From Candidatus Bathyarchaeota archaeon (GTDB lineage: Archaea; Thermoproteota; Bathyarchaeia; Bathyarchaeales; Bathycorpusculaceae): 64,000 bases of DNA. The translations under genes were made by a program, and so were the position numbers. Of the stretch, positions 8,620 to 17,405 are shown piece after piece. The stretch spans positions 3,638 through 67,637 of the forward strand of contig JAGTQG010000002.1 of assembly GCA_018396875.1 (NCBI GenBank), in the 5' to 3' direction. Positions within the stretch are counted from its first letter, which is position 1. Each line of letters opens with the position of its first letter. The notes under the pieces are model-generated. The model did not search any database and had not been told where the DNA came from. It was given only the letters and a program-made list of their open reading frames with translations.

Positions 8620-8910
8620 TTGAGCGCAAGCATAACTGTGAGGTTTGTTGGCAGTCTACGCAACGCAATCGGGAAAAGCAAGGTTACATTCAATATTGAA
8701 GAGGCAAAGACGCTGAAAGAGCTTGTGGAAGCGATTGTTAAAAAATTCCCTGAGACAAAGAGACTTCTCATAGACCCAGAGTTGAGGGACCCCAGACCAA
8801 ATACTTTGATAATCGTAAATGATAGGGAGGTAAGTGTTCTAGGAGGGTTGGAAACTATTCTCCAAGATGGAGACAAAGTGGTTTTTGTTCCAGTTTCTCA
8901 TGGCGGATGA
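8620..8910 (+). CDS. MoaD/ThiS-family ubiquitin-like small modifier/sulfur carrier (SAMP-like) with C-terminal GG
   Basis: 96 aa with a beta-grasp-like pattern, ending ...DGDKVVFVPVSHGG-stop. TTG start. Confidence 0.75.
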   Translation: MSASITVRFVGSLRNAIGKSKVTFNIEEAKTLKELVEAIVKKFPETKRLLIDPELRDPRPNTLIIVNDREVSVLGGLETILQDGDKVVFVPVSHGG

Positions 8911-8913
8911 AAA

Positions 8914-9717
8914 GTGGAAAGGGAAAGCCCAATAATAACGTTGACGACCGATTTCGGGTTGGCAGACCCTTACATTGCAGAGATGAAAGCAATCATTTTG
9001 GGGATAAATCCCAACGCGAGAATCGTGGATGTAACCCACCAAGTAGAGAAATTCAACGTTAGAAATGGCGCATTTATTCTTGCCGCTGCAGCCCAATACT
9101 TTCCTAAAGGCACGATACATGTGGCGGTTGTTGACCCGGGTGTTGGAACAAAACGTCGACCCATACTGATTAAAACAAGAAAGGACTTCTTTATCGGACC
9201 AGACAACGGTGTATTAGCCCTAGCAGCGAAAAATCAAGGCATAAGACATGTTTATGAAATAGCAAACCCGAGGTTTATGCTTCCAAAAATCTCTCAAACC
9301 TTTCATGGAAGAGATATTTTCGCCCCAGCGGCTGCGCACCTTTCGAGAGGTGTCAAACCGTCAGAGTTTGGGCCAGAAATTCGCAGAATCTTTGTGCCCA
9401 AATTTGCAAAAGTAACTAAGAGAAATGGCGCATTAATAGGCGAAGTCATCCATATTGACAGTTTTGGAAACATAATCACAAACTTCACAGCGAAGAATCT
9501 TGAGGATTTAGGCATAAAGGATTCTGTGAACATAAAGCTCGGAGATAAAAGGCTAACGTTGAAGCTTTGCAAAGCCTACGCAGAAGTAGAAGCGGGAAAA
9601 CCTCTTGCCATAACTGGAAGCCACGATTTTCTAGAAATCTCCGTAAACATGGGTAATGCAGCCCAAGCCTTCAAGGTAAGGGTTGGGGATCCCGTTATAC
9701 TTTATCGGTCTTTGTAA
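8914..9717 (+). CDS. SAM hydroxide adenosyltransferase / SAM hydrolase family protein (DUF62)
   Basis: ITLTTDFGLADPYIAEMKAIILG, VVDPGVG, FHGRDIFAP; 267 aa. Confidence 0.8.
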   Translation: MERESPIITLTTDFGLADPYIAEMKAIILGINPNARIVDVTHQVEKFNVRNGAFILAAAAQYFPKGTIHVAVVDPGVGTKRRPILIKTRKDFFIGPDNGVLALAAKNQGIRHVYEIANPRFMLPKISQTFHGRDIFAPAAAHLSRGVKPSEFGPEIRRIFVPKFAKVTKRNGALIGEVIHIDSFGNIITNFTAKNLEDLGIKDSVNIKLGDKRLTLKLCKAYAEVEAGKPLAITGSHDFLEISVNMGNAAQAFKVRVGDPVILYRSL

Positions 9718-10219
9718 GGTCTTTGAGCCTTTCAACGCCACCAATTTCTTTTATAAATTCTGCCACGCTTTTGGGGACTAGTTCCTCCCAGTTTTCCTCT
9801 TTCAATATTCTTTCCCTTATCTCTGTGGCTGAGTAGACTTCACGCTTATGAAAACGTATCGCCTTAACTTCATACCCAGCCTCTATAAAGAGCCTCCGTG
9901 TGAGTGGTTCGTTAGAATACACCACGTTAAAACGTGGAGTGTAACCCTCAACCGTTGAAACCCAAACCATGTGAACGTGCACGTCGGGCACCGGCACAAT
10001 CCATATGCGGCTTAGGTCTATCTTCGCTTCTTCAAGGGCTTTCCTTATCATCACGAGCCTTTCACCAGCCGTGAAAGGGTTGTCAAGGCGGTGACTGTAT
10101 TGGGCGCTGCCCACAGCGATAACAAGCTCATCCACTTCGTTTAGAATCTCTTTAACTACTTGAAGGTGTCCTTTATGGAAGGGTTGAAATCTGCCAACAA
10201 AAAGTCCGCGTTTAACCAT
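9695..10219 (-). CDS. nicotinamide-nucleotide adenylyltransferase (archaeal NMNAT)
   Basis: RGLFVGRFQPFHKGHL nucleotidyltransferase motif, SATEIR; 174 aa. Confidence 0.85.
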   Translation of the reverse strand: MVKRGLFVGRFQPFHKGHLQVVKEILNEVDELVIAVGSAQYSHRLDNPFTAGERLVMIRKALEEAKIDLSRIWIVPVPDVHVHMVWVSTVEGYTPRFNVVYSNEPLTRRLFIEAGYEVKAIRFHKREVYSATEIRERILKEENWEELVPKSVAEFIKEIGGVERLKDLTKTDKV

Positions 10220-10221
10220 GA

Positions 10222-10851
10222 TTATCCCTTCACAGATTTAGGCGTCAAGCTTTTATTACTTGCGCTGTTACCCAAACGCTTCAAAACAAATTCCACGGGG
10301 AACGCTTGCAAAATACTTTTGTTCATCTTAATTTCCTTGATTGACGTGTAACCTCGACTTTCCCGTCGGAGAATTTCAAGCTTAACTTGTACGCCTCCGC
10401 CGTAGCCGCCCAAAGAAAGGTCTGAATTTACAACTCTGTGGCATGGGATAATAAGCGGGAAAGGGTTTGAAGCCATAACCCTTCCAACAGCTCTTGGACT
10501 TCCGCCAACAGCTTTCGCCACAGAGCCGTAAGAAGCAACATAACCGGTAGGAATTAGGGAAACCGTCTTGAGAACTTTTTGGGCGTAGCTGGACAAGTAA
10601 TCCATGGCGAGAGAAAAACTTTCAGTGCATTCTCGACCATGATAGATGCTCGCCAACGAAGAAATAACTTTCTCAGCGAACCATGTTGGCTTTTCTGAAT
10701 GCTGAAAGGAAACATTGAAAGGAATATTTTTAAGCAAATTTTGCAAAGCTCGGCTTCCGTCGAAGGCAAAGGCTGTAGCAAAAACCGTTTCATTTTCGTG
10801 CGCAACGCCAAACCAGACGTTTTCAACTGAGTCAACGCAGAGTGTCAGCAT
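10222..10851 (-). CDS. ogt: methylated-DNA--protein-cysteine methyltransferase family protein
   Basis: The C-terminal half has GYVASYGSVA ... NPFPLIIPCHRVV, the PCHRV active-site motif. Confidence 0.75.
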   Translation of the reverse strand: MLTLCVDSVENVWFGVAHENETVFATAFAFDGSRALQNLLKNIPFNVSFQHSEKPTWFAEKVISSLASIYHGRECTESFSLAMDYLSSYAQKVLKTVSLIPTGYVASYGSVAKAVGGSPRAVGRVMASNPFPLIIPCHRVVNSDLSLGGYGGGVQVKLEILRRESRGYTSIKEIKMNKSILQAFPVEFVLKRLGNSASNKSLTPKSVKG

Positions 10852-10917
10852 TTCGCTGCCTCGTTAAAGCGTTTTAAAATCTTTCAGCTATTTTAATCCT
10901 GTGGAGGAAAAGCTGTT

Positions 10918-11598
10918 TTGGATGAGGTTGAAAGAAAAACCATATACTTTAAATACTGTGGCGAAGCAAACACTGAAAGGGTCCTTTTGGCGGTTAGGCG
11001 CCGCTGCAAAGAGGCGAAAATAGACAAGGTTGTAATAGCCTCTGAAACTGGAAGAAGCGCACTAAAAGCTCTCAAAATATTTGACGGAGCGAAAATCCAA
11101 ATAGTAGTTGTAACACACTATCCAGCTGAGACTTGGGGACCGAAGGGAAGCATACCCATAGGATTAAAGCGGAAAGAATATGCGGAGAATCTGAAGAAGC
11201 TCGTGGAAAGCGGTTGTAGGATTGTTCAAGGCACAAGACCCCTTGCTCCACCTTCCCGTTCCATAGGCTGGGATTACCCTACACCAGAAGGCGTCATTGA
11301 CAAAACTCTTGAAATTTTTGGGGCGGGCACGAAAATAGCCATAGAAGCAGCGGTTATGGCGACAGACTCTGGAGAAGTGGATGAGGGCGAAGAAATAGTG
11401 TCATGCGCTGGCACCTACAAGGGCTTGGACACTGCGCTGCTCGTGAAGACGGCTTACAGCATGAACTTCTTCAAGAAGTTCGAGGTTCGAGAGGTTATAG
11501 CTAAACCCTTATGCCGTGTCAAGAAACTTCCAGAATTTGAATGTGAGAACTGGAAGGGCAATTTGGAAGACTATTACATGCAGCTTGGGAGACATTAA
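10918..11598 (+). CDS. pyruvate kinase C-terminal (alpha/beta) domain-like protein, function unknown
   Basis: 226 aa. KVVIASETGRSALKAL and VSCAGTYKGLDTALLVK resemble stand-alone PK_C-like archaeal proteins. TTG start. Confidence 0.45.
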   Translation: MDEVERKTIYFKYCGEANTERVLLAVRRRCKEAKIDKVVIASETGRSALKALKIFDGAKIQIVVVTHYPAETWGPKGSIPIGLKRKEYAENLKKLVESGCRIVQGTRPLAPPSRSIGWDYPTPEGVIDKTLEIFGAGTKIAIEAAVMATDSGEVDEGEEIVSCAGTYKGLDTALLVKTAYSMNFFKKFEVREVIAKPLCRVKKLPEFECENWKGNLEDYYMQLGRH

Positions 11599-11660
11599 GT
11601 TTAATAGGCTGCGCTCATATATCACGTGGAAAGGTGAAAAGCTTGGAAAGGGAAGGACAA

Positions 11661-12263
11661 ATGCCCCAGTACCTATGGGTTCCCGGCGCCACAACCGTTG
11701 GCATCGTCTGCAGGGACGGCGTTATACTGGCTTCTGAAAAACGTGTGTCCTACGGGTATTTAGTTGTCAGCAGAGGGGGTAAAAAGGTTTTCAAGATAAC
11801 GGATCATATAGGTGCGGCTTGCGCTGGGCTTGTTTCAGACATGCAGATTCTGGTTCGTGAAGTGGAAGCCTACGCTAACCTTTACAGCATGGACGTTGGC
11901 AGACCCATATCGGTTAGGTCTGCAGCCAAGCTCATGTCTAACCTGCTTTTCGCTAATAGGCTGGCTCCCTTGATAACCCAAACAATAGTGGGAGGCATAG
12001 ACGACGAAGGCGCCTCGCTGTACGTCTTAGACGTTTTAGGCTCAGTGATACCAGACAGGTATGCAGTTGTGGGTTCAGGCACGGAAATCGCCATGGGAGT
12101 CCTCGAGGAAGGCTACCGTGAAGGCTTAAGCATAGAAGAGGGAAGAGACTTAGTTGTCAGAGCCATAAAATCCGCCATCAGCAGAGACATCATGAGCGGC
12201 GACGGCATTGACTTCCTCTACATAACAAAAGACGGAGCCTGTGAAGAATCCATAAAGTTCTAG
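11661..12263 (+). CDS. psmB: 20S proteasome beta subunit
   Basis: A short propeptide precedes GA/TTVGIVCRDGVILASEKR (N-terminal nucleophile Thr context). ATG 11661 is preferred; GTG 11634 is an alternative. Confidence 0.9.
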   Translation: MPQYLWVPGATTVGIVCRDGVILASEKRVSYGYLVVSRGGKKVFKITDHIGAACAGLVSDMQILVREVEAYANLYSMDVGRPISVRSAAKLMSNLLFANRLAPLITQTIVGGIDDEGASLYVLDVLGSVIPDRYAVVGSGTEIAMGVLEEGYREGLSIEEGRDLVVRAIKSAISRDIMSGDGIDFLYITKDGACEESIKF

Positions 12264-12277
12264 GAAGGCTAAACGCA

Positions 12278-12898
12278 TTGTCTTTTGACCTAAGCCTAGA
12301 AGAAGGAACACTGTTGGTTAGGCTTGCCAGAAACGCTGTAGAAGAATATTTGAAAACCAGAAAACACATCCGCGTGCCAGAGGGATTCCCCAAGAAGCTT
12401 ATGCAGCCTTGCGGGGTTTTCGTAACAATAAACACTGTTCGAAACGGAGAAAAGGAACTGCGTGGATGCATTGGATTACCATATCCGACGACACCGTTGG
12501 CGGAAGCTGTTATAGAATCTGCCATAAGCTCGGCAACCCAAGACCCAAGATTTTACCCCCTATCCCTCGAAGAACTGGACAGCGTGGTTTTCGAAGTCAG
12601 CGTACTCACGCCCCCACAATTGGTGGAGGTGAAAAACCCAAGCGAATATCCCTCAAAAATAAAGGTTGGCGTTGACGGACTAATCATAGAAAGAGGTTTC
12701 TACAAAGGACTGTTGCTGCCACAAGTGCCAGTGGAATGGAACTGGGACGAAGAGGAGTTTTTATGCCAATGCTGTTTAAAGGCTGGACTCCCGCCTGACT
12801 GCTGGCTCATGAAAGGCACGAAAGTTTACAAGTTTCAAGCCATAATATTCGAGGAAGAAAAACCAAAGGGCGAAGTTAAACGTAAAAAGCTCATTTAG
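12278..12898 (+). CDS. AMMECR1 domain protein
   Basis: CGVFVT ... LRGCIG ... LLPQV motifs; 206 aa; TTG start. Confidence 0.85.
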   Translation: MSFDLSLEEGTLLVRLARNAVEEYLKTRKHIRVPEGFPKKLMQPCGVFVTINTVRNGEKELRGCIGLPYPTTPLAEAVIESAISSATQDPRFYPLSLEELDSVVFEVSVLTPPQLVEVKNPSEYPSKIKVGVDGLIIERGFYKGLLLPQVPVEWNWDEEEFLCQCCLKAGLPPDCWLMKGTKVYKFQAIIFEEEKPKGEVKRKKLI

Positions 12899-14055
12899 CC
12901 CTGTTTACCTAAACTTTCATGTGCAACTTCTTCAATTATTTCCACAGTTTTATCAGCGCCTCTAAACTTGCTGGCATACCGGCTTAGCCTTTGCACGTTT
13001 CTTCGGTACACGTCGATATCTTTTTCCATCTCGCGAATGGCTTGCATCAACTGATCCTTGTTTTTAGCAATAATGGAACACCACATGTCTTGCAATTTCT
13101 TAGCATTTGCAAACTGTTCAGGCTGAGTTGGAATGCAAATGCTCGGTTTCGCATACTTCACGACCTCAAGACACGTGTTGTGGCCGCCGCTGAAAATTAC
13201 TAGTTTAGCGTTTGCCATAAAATTGCTTCTCTCCCGCGATGAAAGCCACGTGTATATGGTGCAGTTTCCAGCCTTTACCACCTTTCTTTCACCATATTCC
13301 CCAAGGCTGACTACACTTTTCGTTTCTAGACGGCTCAAAACGGGAATGATAACATTTTTCAACCAAGACCGCGGCCCACTTGGCCCGCTTATCGGAGCAA
13401 AAATGTGGTGTTCACCGCTTTCTAACGACGCTACGTCAGAAAAACTTCCGACAAACTTTGTTTTATCTGCAACCCCAATGTCTTCTAAGTCGCCAAGATT
13501 ATACTCGCAAATAGTGTATGGTGGAGGTAGATCCGGAACAATTATTTTTGAGCAGTTTCTTACATAGCGTTCAGTGAAACGTTCGCCCGGAATAAGCACC
13601 GGAGAAAAACCATAACTTGGACGGATCACATTTGTTATGTACACCGACGGATAGTGCCATCTTGAGGCTAAGCGCAAAGCGTGAAGATCGCCATCTGACA
13701 CGATTACGTGTGGTTTTATTTTCAAAATGTTCCTTCTGAGGTCATAGTAGCGGTGTATGGTTTCTAAGCCGCTTGAGGACTTAACTTCAAGCTTTCCACC
13801 TTCTGGGTTAATGCGCGGTAACGGAAAGAGGATGTTCAAAATAGATGCGGATACAACTATCCCACGAGCGTTTTCATACCAGCTTACGGGAGTGCAATAA
13901 TAGACATTTTTAAACTCTCTTTTTAGGATAGTGTAAGCGTTTCCTCCAGAGAAAAAGTGGAGCTCGTTTCCCCTTGCCTCAAGCTTTTTCCCTAAAACCG
14001 TAAGTCTGGAAACATGTCCCAAGCCGAGTTCTGAGCAGCTTAACATTAAACGCAT
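12895..14055 (-). CDS. glycosyltransferase (GT1/GT28, MurG-like fold)
   Basis: N-terminal SELGLGHVSR and C-terminal SGGHNTCLEV ... IPTQPEQFANAKKL pattern. Confidence 0.6.
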   Translation of the reverse strand: MRLMLSCSELGLGHVSRLTVLGKKLEARGNELHFFSGGNAYTILKREFKNVYYCTPVSWYENARGIVVSASILNILFPLPRINPEGGKLEVKSSSGLETIHRYYDLRRNILKIKPHVIVSDGDLHALRLASRWHYPSVYITNVIRPSYGFSPVLIPGERFTERYVRNCSKIIVPDLPPPYTICEYNLGDLEDIGVADKTKFVGSFSDVASLESGEHHIFAPISGPSGPRSWLKNVIIPVLSRLETKSVVSLGEYGERKVVKAGNCTIYTWLSSRERSNFMANAKLVIFSGGHNTCLEVVKYAKPSICIPTQPEQFANAKKLQDMWCSIIAKNKDQLMQAIREMEKDIDVYRRNVQRLSRYASKFRGADKTVEIIEEVAHESLGKQG

Positions 14056-14142
14056 AATTCATAGTGATTACGCTGCCACTTATTTTGGTTGCTCTGCAAA
14101 ATTGTTAAATAAAAAGCGAAGAAATGGAGAAAACAGAAAGCC

Positions 14143-15009
14143 ATGTTCCTTCCTAAAAAAGTTCTCGAAAAGAAGCTCCTGCAAATGCTTGCGGAAGACC
14201 TTGGGCAAGGCGACATAACAACATCTCTGCTGGCTCCAGATGGTTGCACAGTAGAGGCGGATATAATAGCCAAAGAAGCAGGAGTAATCGCTGGAATAGA
14301 GGAGGCAACTGTGCTTCTTGAAAGTTTAGGCTTAAGATTTGAAGCTTACGTCAAAGACGGGGACGAAATAAAGCCTAAACAAGTTTTGATAAGAGTTTGT
14401 GGAGACGCGCGAACCATACTTTCGGCTGAGCGCACGATTCTTAACATAATGTCGCGGATGAGCGGCATAGCCACAGCCACACGAAAACTTGTCGAAAAAA
14501 TTCAAAAGGCAGGGTATAAAACGAAGGTTGCTTGCACAAGGAAAACAGCGCCAGGACTGCTCTACTTTGATAAGAAGGCTGTCGCCATTGGTGGCGGCGA
14601 TACACATAGATTCCACTTGGATGACATGATCCTAATTAAGGATAATCATATTGCAATAGCGGGCAGTGTGGAGAAAGCTGTTAGAACAGCTCGAGAAAAA
14701 GCCTCCTTCAGCAAGAAAATCGAGGTTGAAGCGGCTAAAGTTGAAGATGTTCTAAGGGCAGCTGAAGTTGGAGTGGACATGGTGATGTTGGACAACTTCT
14801 CGCCCAAACAAGTGGAAGAGGCTGTTAAGCTCTTGAAAAAAGCCGGATATTATGGAAAAGTGATGTTGGAAGCCAGTGGTGGAATAACAGCCGAAAACAT
14901 CCTTGAGTATGCCTCCAAAGGAGTGGACATAATAAGTTTGGGCGAAATAACTCACAGCGTAAAAGCCTTGGATATAAGCCTAGAAATCACAAAGGTTAAG
15001 ATTGAGTGA
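14143..15009 (+). CDS. nadC: nicotinate-nucleotide pyrophosphorylase (quinolinate phosphoribosyltransferase)
   Basis: ERTILNIMSRMSGIAT, ACTRKTAPGL, IKDNHI, MLDNFSP, ASGGIT. Confidence 0.9.
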   Translation: MFLPKKVLEKKLLQMLAEDLGQGDITTSLLAPDGCTVEADIIAKEAGVIAGIEEATVLLESLGLRFEAYVKDGDEIKPKQVLIRVCGDARTILSAERTILNIMSRMSGIATATRKLVEKIQKAGYKTKVACTRKTAPGLLYFDKKAVAIGGGDTHRFHLDDMILIKDNHIAIAGSVEKAVRTAREKASFSKKIEVEAAKVEDVLRAAEVGVDMVMLDNFSPKQVEEAVKLLKKAGYYGKVMLEASGGITAENILEYASKGVDIISLGEITHSVKALDISLEITKVKIE

Positions 15010-15562
15010 ACGTTTTTATTAGAGCCATTTCAATGAAAGCGGCCAACAATAGAGTCACGGCACATATAGAGATCATAACACACATGTTTATGATTTCCCG
15101 TCTCCAGCCACCCTTCATAATACGCCAGACCAGCCAAGCACTTTCGGCGAAGGCCGCAGAGTACGCCAAAAATTCAAGCCAAGCGAATGGAAAAATGAAA
15201 AGCGACAGAAACGCAAGGTGTGGGTTTACGCCATTACAAATGCTTTGAGCCGCAATCACGATGCCCGTGCTATAAAGTACATAAAATCCGAAAAGAGGCC
15301 CTATGAAGGGGATAAAAAAGGACAGACATAAGACAAAATTGTTGCCGAAGATTAAGGTTGTTCCACGAAACATATCAACTTTTGAAATGTAATCCTGCGT
15401 TTCGCCAATCTCCTTGTTTATCTCAGATGCTTCCTCGCTAGTAAGCGGGGTTGAGACGCCAGCTATTGTTACTGCGATTGAGAAGAGAAAGAACATTAGG
15501 ATTGTGAGGATACGCTTTATTCTTGTTGGAAATTGTTTCCACAAACTCGAAACCATAGCCAT
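14996..15562 (-). CDS. integral membrane protein, SpoIIM/DUF95-like
   Basis: 188 aa with several hydrophobic helices. The layout resembles archaeal stage II sporulation protein M-like proteins; the assignment is weak. Confidence 0.4.
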   Translation of the reverse strand: MAMVSSLWKQFPTRIKRILTILMFFLFSIAVTIAGVSTPLTSEEASEINKEIGETQDYISKVDMFRGTTLIFGNNFVLCLSFFIPFIGPLFGFYVLYSTGIVIAAQSICNGVNPHLAFLSLFIFPFAWLEFLAYSAAFAESAWLVWRIMKGGWRREIINMCVMISICAVTLLLAAFIEMALIKTFTQS

Positions 15563-15566
15563 TTCC

Positions 15567-16274
15567 TCACGTCGTGGTTAGAGGGGTTATTTTTAAGGTT
15601 CTGAAGCCTCTTGCGCATGGGTTTAACATTTCCACAATATTAACCTTTTCCAAAACTTTGTCAACGTCTGTTGCATAACCTGAAACATCATGCTCCGCCG
15701 CCATTAAAGAGTAAACATGTACCTTATTACCCAAAATTTTTGGTTGACACTTGGATGGAAGCCCGAGCATCAGCGGCTCCTTTTGTTTCAAGGCTTTTTC
15801 AGAAGCATATATTATGGCGTGGGCTCCCGCTGTTAATTCGGCTATTCTTACAGGTATGCTTTCCTTACCTATGGCCAGAACCTCTATTCCATGCTTTTGG
15901 GAGATTTCCCCTGAAATTTTCCTAAGTTTTGGAAGAATCTTTACGAGGTTGCTTCTCGCCTTGTTGGAGATTTTCATGTTGGAAAATTGTATTGGAGAAA
16001 GCTGTTCAAGGGAGACTGCTCCGAGGGACATGTCAAGATGAACAACGTCCGCTTCCACCTTTTCAAGCAGCTGCTTGCACAGCTCAGCCTCATACACTAT
16101 AACTTCGTGACTGTTTTCAGCATCTGCAAAAATTGGCTTAGCCAAAAATTCGCTTGGTTCCCTATATGGCGGTTTCACAAGAACCGCAGCAGTCGCCACA
16201 ATAGCTAAAGGCTCAAATTTCTCATTTAAAATGGCTGAGGAAGAATCGGCGGCGATCACCTTCAAATAATTCAC
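15567..16274 (-). CDS. conserved archaeal hypothetical protein (DUF4152-like)
   Basis: 235 aa with acidic segments VIAADSS, YEAEL and VHLDMSL. No confident family assignment. Confidence 0.4.
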   Translation of the reverse strand: MNYLKVIAADSSSAILNEKFEPLAIVATAAVLVKPPYREPSEFLAKPIFADAENSHEVIVYEAELCKQLLEKVEADVVHLDMSLGAVSLEQLSPIQFSNMKISNKARSNLVKILPKLRKISGEISQKHGIEVLAIGKESIPVRIAELTAGAHAIIYASEKALKQKEPLMLGLPSKCQPKILGNKVHVYSLMAAEHDVSGYATDVDKVLEKVNIVEMLNPCARGFRTLKITPLTTT

Positions 16275-16315
16275 CTTTCTCTAGTAAACCTTACACGAAT
16301 TTAGCTTTACTGCTT

Positions 16316-16942
16316 CTAGTTCTTAGAATACTCTGAAGTTTTAAGGCAGAGGCCTAAAACAAAGAGTTCGGCGCTCTTCGCCCTACTAGCTTTTGGCTTT
16401 ATAACTCTCACATCTTTGAAATGCTGTTTGACCTTGCCTACGAAGTCTTCAAGTAGGTCTCCTTGAAAAACCTTCACGAAAAAGTTTCCGCGAGGCCTGA
16501 GCACTTTGAGGGCTATTTCCAGAGCTTTTTGAGCCAAGTCTATCTGGCGGGCGTGGTCTAATTCCCAAATTCCAGAAATGTTGGGGGAAGCATCTGAAAC
16601 AACCACGTCGGCTTTGCGTGGAAGAATCTCTAAAATCTGGTTGACTGTTTCTTCCTCTGTTATGTCGCCAATAATCGTCTTAACATTACGCTCTTCAAAA
16701 GGTTCCATGGGTTTTAAGTCGACGCTCAAAACAAAACCTCGGGGTCCAACGATCCTTCGTGAAGCTTGTGTCCAGCCGCCGGGTGCCGCACCGAGGTCCA
16801 CGACAACATCACCTTCCTTCATAAAACGGTATTTTCCAACTGCTTGAAAGAGTTTGTAGGCTGCTCTTGAACGGTAATTTTCCTCTTTCGCCTTCCTATA
16901 ATAGTAGTCTTTCTTGCGCTCTTGAATCCACGCTTTGGGCAA
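16316..16942 (-). CDS. rlmE: 23S rRNA 2'-O-ribose methyltransferase RlmE/FtsJ
   Basis: YRSRAAYKL, VVDLGAAPGGW (SAM motif I), VVSDASPNISG. TTG start 2 nt after the upstream stop. Confidence 0.85.
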   Translation of the reverse strand: MPKAWIQERKKDYYYRKAKEENYRSRAAYKLFQAVGKYRFMKEGDVVVDLGAAPGGWTQASRRIVGPRGFVLSVDLKPMEPFEERNVKTIIGDITEEETVNQILEILPRKADVVVSDASPNISGIWELDHARQIDLAQKALEIALKVLRPRGNFFVKVFQGDLLEDFVGKVKQHFKDVRVIKPKASRAKSAELFVLGLCLKTSEYSKN

Positions 16943-16944
16943 AA

Positions 16945-17322
16945 CTAACTGTCACCTAAAATGTCTTGTGTGGATTCAGCGGCGTGGAAAAGCCATTCAG
17001 TTAGTCTCTCACAATTCTGCGGCGTAACATTGCCTGCTGGTCCACATTTTGGGCTGTCGGGGCACATAACACACGGGCAGTCGGCTATGGAATCCATGGA
17101 GGCTGGAAGCCTTTTGGGGTAAAGCCTATAAGTCCACCTTCCGTTGCGAAGCTCCCTTTCACGTCTTATAAGCCCCTTACTTTCAAGTTTCAGAGCTATC
17201 CTTGAGCCTTCCCTACTGCTTGCACCAAGCTTTCTCCATAACTCAGACTGCAGTAAGCCGCTGTTTCCAGCGCTCATTATTATTTGCAAGGCTTTCTGTT
17301 CTAAGTCGTTTGGCTTAGGCAT
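16945..17322 (-). CDS. winged-helix protein with C-terminal Cys cluster, TFE-beta / RPC34-like
   Basis: The wHTH segment is LLQSELWRKLGASSREGSRIALKLESKGLIRRE, followed by CPCVMCPDSPKCGPAGNVTPQNC (5 Cys). ATG 17322 is preferred over 17361. Confidence 0.5.
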   Translation of the reverse strand: MPKPNDLEQKALQIIMSAGNSGLLQSELWRKLGASSREGSRIALKLESKGLIRRERELRNGRWTYRLYPKRLPASMDSIADCPCVMCPDSPKCGPAGNVTPQNCERLTEWLFHAAESTQDILGDS

Positions 17323-17405
17323 CTTCTTCTCTAGTCTCCACGCAAATATATAGATATCCAAAAATAAAATAATTTAGGTTGCAGTTGAGGTTAAGGCTCG
17401 GTAAA

